From positions 1 to 11,799 of the forward strand of contig JBBQPO010000196.1 of the NCBI GenBank assembly GCA_038217285.1: a stretch of 11,799 nucleotides of DNA. The letters are read 5' to 3'. The notes beneath the pieces were generated by a model. That model did no database searches and was not told the DNA's origin. It worked only from the letters and a program-made list of their open reading frames with translations. Position 1 is the first letter of the stretch. Every line of letters starts with the position of its first letter. The translations under genes were made by a program, and so were the position numbers. Shown one piece after another: positions 8,118 through 11,799 of the stretch. The stretch is from Chthonomonadales bacterium. Its GTDB lineage: Bacteria > Armatimonadota > Chthonomonadetes > Chthonomonadales > Chthonomonadaceae.

Positions 8118-8777
8118 GTGCAGGGAGAACTACTGCTCATTGGAGACTACGACTCTCGTACTGCAGAAGCGTTATCGGAATGGCTGCGAAGAGTCGGGAT
8201 TCAGAAGACGCGGTTCGTGCCGCTCCCGCAAGGAGACATCGCAGCCTTGCTCCCAGAACTATATCGCGCTCGCGGACTAGTGATTTTCGCGGAGGCTCGC
8301 GCTACGCCGCTTACATTGCGTAGCGCACTGAACGGCGTGGAACTGCTTACGTGGGTTCTTGGGCATGAAGCGCTGCAGGTCTGTCTCTTGCCAGCCGTCC
8401 TGTTGACGTTTCTGGATACAACTCAATTGCCTGACTACTGCCCGCCACGCCTGGTTCAGCGTTTGCCGTGCCAGGCGGACGCGCTGGCGGGTCGCTTCGC
8501 AGAACTTGCAGATGAAAGATTGGTTCGGGAGGCGATCAACTATTTCCGCAGCCGGCATATCGAAGCATTGCGTAGGGTGCTTGTCGATCGGCTCGATCAT
8601 GCAATTGGGAAACTTGTGCCGCCACAGGTGAGGCATGGCGATCTCATGGAGAGGTCGCGGCTGCTGCGCTTATCGCTTGTCGGGGCCAATTCCATTTTAG
8701 AGCTTGAGGCTCTCCGTAACCACGTGGTCCAGTTCTCCAACGCGGTTCAGGAAGCCTGGTATATGCTCTTACGTTAG
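8118..8777 (+). CDS. Degenerate (pseudo-)receiver domain followed by a His-containing helical region
   Basis: Receiver-like order ELLLIGD / LVIFAE / NGVELL / LPAVLLTF / RLP, lacking the canonical phosphoacceptor Asp and Lys. C-terminal helices contain LDHAIGKLVP. Start is GTG 8118 or TTG 8115, with GGGAG and AAGGA upstream. Confidence 0.6.
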   Translation: MQGELLLIGDYDSRTAEALSEWLRRVGIQKTRFVPLPQGDIAALLPELYRARGLVIFAEARATPLTLRSALNGVELLTWVLGHEALQVCLLPAVLLTFLDTTQLPDYCPPRLVQRLPCQADALAGRFAELADERLVREAINYFRSRHIEALRRVLVDRLDHAIGKLVPPQVRHGDLMERSRLLRLSLVGANSILELEALRNHVVQFSNAVQEAWYMLLR

Positions 8778-8793
8778 AAGAAAGAGGAGACCC

Positions 8794-10665
8794 ATGGGTG
8801 ACCTGCCCTTAGTTTTGAAGGCAGTGGCGGATAGCGTAAGCGAGCAACTTCGAAGACGGGACCGTACTAAGCCATTCATATTGGTCTGTGATGATAGCCC
8901 GGCGGAAGGCGCGATGCTTATGGCCTGCTTGCCTTCGTCATACGGTTCTCTGTACGTTCAGCATCCCCGTGTCTTACTGGAAGCACTCACGCAGGCACTG
9001 CGGTGGGACGCACTACGTGGAGTGGTGATCGTGTTGGACAACATCTTTGAGTACGACGGCGCTATTGAGGAAGGCTGGATTATCGGCCCTCCGGAAGACT
9101 TTGAAATAAACCACCAGGGGGAACTGGTGCATGCGGAACTTAAACGCAGCGTCCCGAAGGTACCGGTGATCCTTCTTACCCGGCAGGATCCACAGAACCT
9201 GTTATTCATCGAAAAGGTGACCTTTCTGCGAGAAGCGGAGGCACGCATCGTTGAAGCAGCCATGCAGGCGGGCTGGTACGATCTCATTGATGCCCGCTTG
9301 GTGCTTAATATGTGCCTTCGCCGACATGGTCGCACAAGCGACGAACTATTCGACGGATTCGCCGTAAACCACGCGCTTACCCAGCTTGTGCCCCTACGGA
9401 ATCGAGAAGACTTTCTGGCCATTGTAGAGGGCTTCGTTGCCCGCGCTACGCGTGACCGGAGCCACCAACCCATGGTGATCTCCGCTCGCCAGGCAATGAC
9501 GCAAGTAGCAGACGCTGTCGAAGCCACGATCAAGGCGAACGAGCTATCCGACCCTTTCTCGCCGCTCTTCCCAGGGGGGCAATGGGAATGGCTGTATCAG
9601 GATCTCGTAGACAGTCGGACGGAGTGGCAACTTTACGTGAATGCGATGTGGGACTTCTCCAAAATTAACCGAATGGCGTTGCATGACTGGCAACACGTGG
9701 AGCATGTCTACCGCATTGTCGCCCACCTTGTCGGGCTCCTGCAACAAGCCCAGCTTCTGGATCCGCCTTTGACGGCGCCAGAACTCTACGCGCTTGCCGG
9801 GGCGGCTATTCTGCACGATTCCGGCAATAGTGGCGGGCGCGCGCGAACAAGCGATGACCGGGTCGTGACGCTAACGGACAAACACGATGTACGCAAGATG
9901 CACAGCCTCATCATAGAGTACGAATTGAAGCAAGAAAGCGGAGAACTCATCGGACTTGATCGCTGGGCGCAAGAAGCCATCGGTTACCTGTCGCTTTACC
10001 ACCCCAGTAAGCCACCGCTCACCGGCAGTACTCCAGTCCAAATGGACACGAGCCGCTACCAGTTCGAGGTGCGTCCGTGCGCGCCGGAGAAACAGTACTA
10101 TATGCTGAGCCGAAAGCACCGGTACGAGGGACGCAACTGCATCTTGCGGACCCAGTTGCTTGCTGGGATTCTCAGGCTGGCCGATGCCCTGGACGTCGAT
10201 TATATGCGTGCGGGGGTCGGCCTCCAGCATACAGTCATTCGCCGCCAGAGCCAGCACGAGATTGAGGCGCTGTTGCAGGAACTCACGGTCAAACTCGAGT
10301 CCGATCTGGTGACGGATGTCCGGGACGTCTGGGACGACATGAATCCACAGTCCATCGTAGAACGGCTTCGTATTCATGAAGAGCAGGTGGTAGATCCGAA
10401 CGATCAGATGCGATTGAAGGAACTCGAGTACCTGTGTTTCCAGGTGCAGCACTTCCGAAAGCACTTATCGCTTGGCGAGGTTCAACTCTCGCTGGAATAT
10501 CAAGATGGCCGTCCGTTGCTTGTGGCAACCTACCCTGTCAGGGACCCGGACCAGAAGTGGGTTTTGAGCGTGGTCGAGGACGATCTCAAGAAGGAATTTG
10601 CCTCCGTACAGAGCATCGGGGTCTTCGAAAAATTAGGCCCTATCGTTGTTCGAGCCAGTCATTAG
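8794..10665 (+). CDS. Receiver domain + helical linker + HD-superfamily phosphohydrolase (HD-CE-like), 623 aa
   Basis: RBS GAGGAG (8784-8789) supports ATG 8794 over TTG 8704. Receiver motifs: ILVCDD, IVLDNIF (Asp at 9037), VPVILLT, IEK. HD motifs: LHDWQH, AAILHDSG (9814-9819), VRKMH, LYH, LAGILRLADALD, and C-terminal HFRKH. Confidence 0.85.
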   Translation: MGDLPLVLKAVADSVSEQLRRRDRTKPFILVCDDSPAEGAMLMACLPSSYGSLYVQHPRVLLEALTQALRWDALRGVVIVLDNIFEYDGAIEEGWIIGPPEDFEINHQGELVHAELKRSVPKVPVILLTRQDPQNLLFIEKVTFLREAEARIVEAAMQAGWYDLIDARLVLNMCLRRHGRTSDELFDGFAVNHALTQLVPLRNREDFLAIVEGFVARATRDRSHQPMVISARQAMTQVADAVEATIKANELSDPFSPLFPGGQWEWLYQDLVDSRTEWQLYVNAMWDFSKINRMALHDWQHVEHVYRIVAHLVGLLQQAQLLDPPLTAPELYALAGAAILHDSGNSGGRARTSDDRVVTLTDKHDVRKMHSLIIEYELKQESGELIGLDRWAQEAIGYLSLYHPSKPPLTGSTPVQMDTSRYQFEVRPCAPEKQYYMLSRKHRYEGRNCILRTQLLAGILRLADALDVDYMRAGVGLQHTVIRRQSQHEIEALLQELTVKLESDLVTDVRDVWDDMNPQSIVERLRIHEEQVVDPNDQMRLKELEYLCFQVQHFRKHLSLGEVQLSLEYQDGRPLLVATYPVRDPDQKWVLSVVEDDLKKEFASVQSIGVFEKLGPIVVRASH

Positions 10666-10736
10666 TCAGTAACCGGGTGCCGTGTCTTAACAATAGAGAC
10701 ACCACTTCAACGGAAGTCTAACTTAAGGGAAACAAG

Positions 10737-11381
10737 ATGTCTGAACCAATCTATCCGCGTTTGGTGGCCTATCTGGATAGTCTCGTGCCTCCGCGAGATC
10801 CCATTCTGGAAGAAATGGAAGCGTATGCAAAGGAAATCGGATTTTTCATAATCGGAGCGGCGGCAGGCTATCATAACTATCTGATCGCCCGAATGATGGG
10901 GGCGCGGCATATCTTCGAATTGGGATCTGGTTTCGGGTATTCGACGGCCTGGTTCGCACGTGCGGTGAAAGAGAACGGCGGCGGCATTGTGCACCATGTC
11001 GTCTGGGAGGAAGACATGTCCCAACTGGCCCGCAGCTATCTAAGCCGAATGGGCTACGCCGATACCGTGCAATTTCATGTCAGCGAAGCCGTTGAAACCC
11101 TCAGAAATACGGAGGGCCCCTTTGATCTCATCTTTAACGATATAGATAAGGACGGCTATCCGGCTTCGATCCCGGTTATCAAGGAAAAGCTGAGGCCGGG
11201 CGGCGCTCTGATCATTGACAATATGCTTTGGGAGGGGGCGATCTTCGACGATACGGATCAGTCTCCAGACATCGTTGGGATTCGCGAAGTCACCCGTCTC
11301 CTTACACAGGATCCGGAGTTTATCAGCAGTCTGGTTCCGATTCGCGATGGCATGATGCTGGCTTACTATCAACCCAAATAG
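10737..11381 (+). CDS. Class I SAM-dependent O-methyltransferase (Methyltransf_3 / caffeoyl-CoA-OMT / YrrM-like)
   Basis: FELGSGFGYS SAM-binding motif, GPFDLIFNDIDK, LRPGGALIIDNMLW, and C-terminal VPIRDG. AAGGGA RBS upstream. Confidence 0.93.
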   Translation: MSEPIYPRLVAYLDSLVPPRDPILEEMEAYAKEIGFFIIGAAAGYHNYLIARMMGARHIFELGSGFGYSTAWFARAVKENGGGIVHHVVWEEDMSQLARSYLSRMGYADTVQFHVSEAVETLRNTEGPFDLIFNDIDKDGYPASIPVIKEKLRPGGALIIDNMLWEGAIFDDTDQSPDIVGIREVTRLLTQDPEFISSLVPIRDGMMLAYYQPK

Positions 11382-11406
11382 ATCCCATCCGGTAGAAGTC
11401 AGGCGA

Positions 11407-11799
11407 TCAGTCGTCGATCACGATGCGCGCATTCAAAATCCACCCTGCTTTGGCATCGTTGGCGAGGACAGCTTCGGCAATTTTTTTGGTTTGGCCTGGA
11501 TCGGTGATCCCAAACCAAGGTTCGCAAGCCTTACCAATACGCATGCGGAAGTTCTTCACCAATTGTTTGAGCGCCTCCTGTGCATCGAGGCTGTCATAAA
11601 CCTCTTCCAGCACGACAGCAGTGGGCACAGGGCGGTTCTTGCGTTCTGCGAGCAGCCACAGCATTTTGTACTGGTTTGGAGTCAGTTTCCATGGCTCATC
11701 GAATACCTCAACATACATCTCCTCCTTCTTGTTTCGCCATAGATGAATATAGGGAAGTTCATTAAGGTCGGGGAGGGGAAGCAAGGCCTGACGGGCTGC
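11407..11799 (-). CDS. C-terminal part of a protein with an OmpR/PhoB-type winged-helix DNA-binding domain
   Basis: KLTPNQYKMLWLLAE...VLEEVY...LKQLVKNFRMRI...AGWIL matches the Trans_reg_C pattern. The frame stays open to the window edge (AARQA precedes TTG 11784), so the real start is probably outside. Confidence 0.75.
   Translation of the reverse strand, partial: AARQALLPLPDLNELPYIHLWRNKKEEMYVEVFDEPWKLTPNQYKMLWLLAERKNRPVPTAVVLEEVYDSLDAQEALKQLVKNFRMRIGKACEPWFGITDPGQTKKIAEAVLANDAKAGWILNARIVIDD

Noticed and set aside
8704-8793. N-terminal extension of the receiver-HD ORF from TTG 8704
   Set aside because: Overlaps the upstream gene by 74 nt, whereas ATG 8794 has a strong GAGGAG RBS.
9680-10470. 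Cas3-HD or HD-GYP assignment
   Set aside because: No helicase, cas genes or CRISPR repeats in the window, and no GYP motif.
10682-10717. Two small hairpins (GTGTCT/AGACAC and ACTTC/GAAGT) after the HD gene as a terminator
   Set aside because: Short, weak stems with no U-tract.
2505-10721. Many antisense or alternate-frame ORFs of 60-198 aa inside the operon
   Set aside because: Expected shadows of GC-rich coding sequence, with no recognisable motifs.
10737-11381. O-methyltransferase as part of the novel system
   Set aside because: Widespread housekeeping-type family, larger 71-nt gap, and no linking evidence beyond orientation.

Overview
Bacterial accessory region. From left to right: the 5' part of an IS4-family transposase on the minus strand (missing from the ORF track because it runs off the edge), with its probable left end near 922; a lower-GC orphan caspase/CHAT-like His-Cys protease gene, probably frameshifted near its 3' end; about 700 bp with no convincing ORF; and a tight four-gene plus-strand operon (2561-10665). 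The operon encodes a vWA lipoprotein with a C-terminal TM helix, a 1082-aa FtsZl1/Tubulin_2-type GTPase, a degenerate receiver-like protein, and a receiver + HD (HD-CE-like) phosphohydrolase. The last two share an HAxxxLVP helical motif, and no histidine kinase is present in the window. An O-methyltransferase and the 3' end of a convergent OmpR-type wHTH gene follow. The operon is the best candidate for an undescribed signalling or conflict system. All family calls come from motif recognition by eye; no searches were run.
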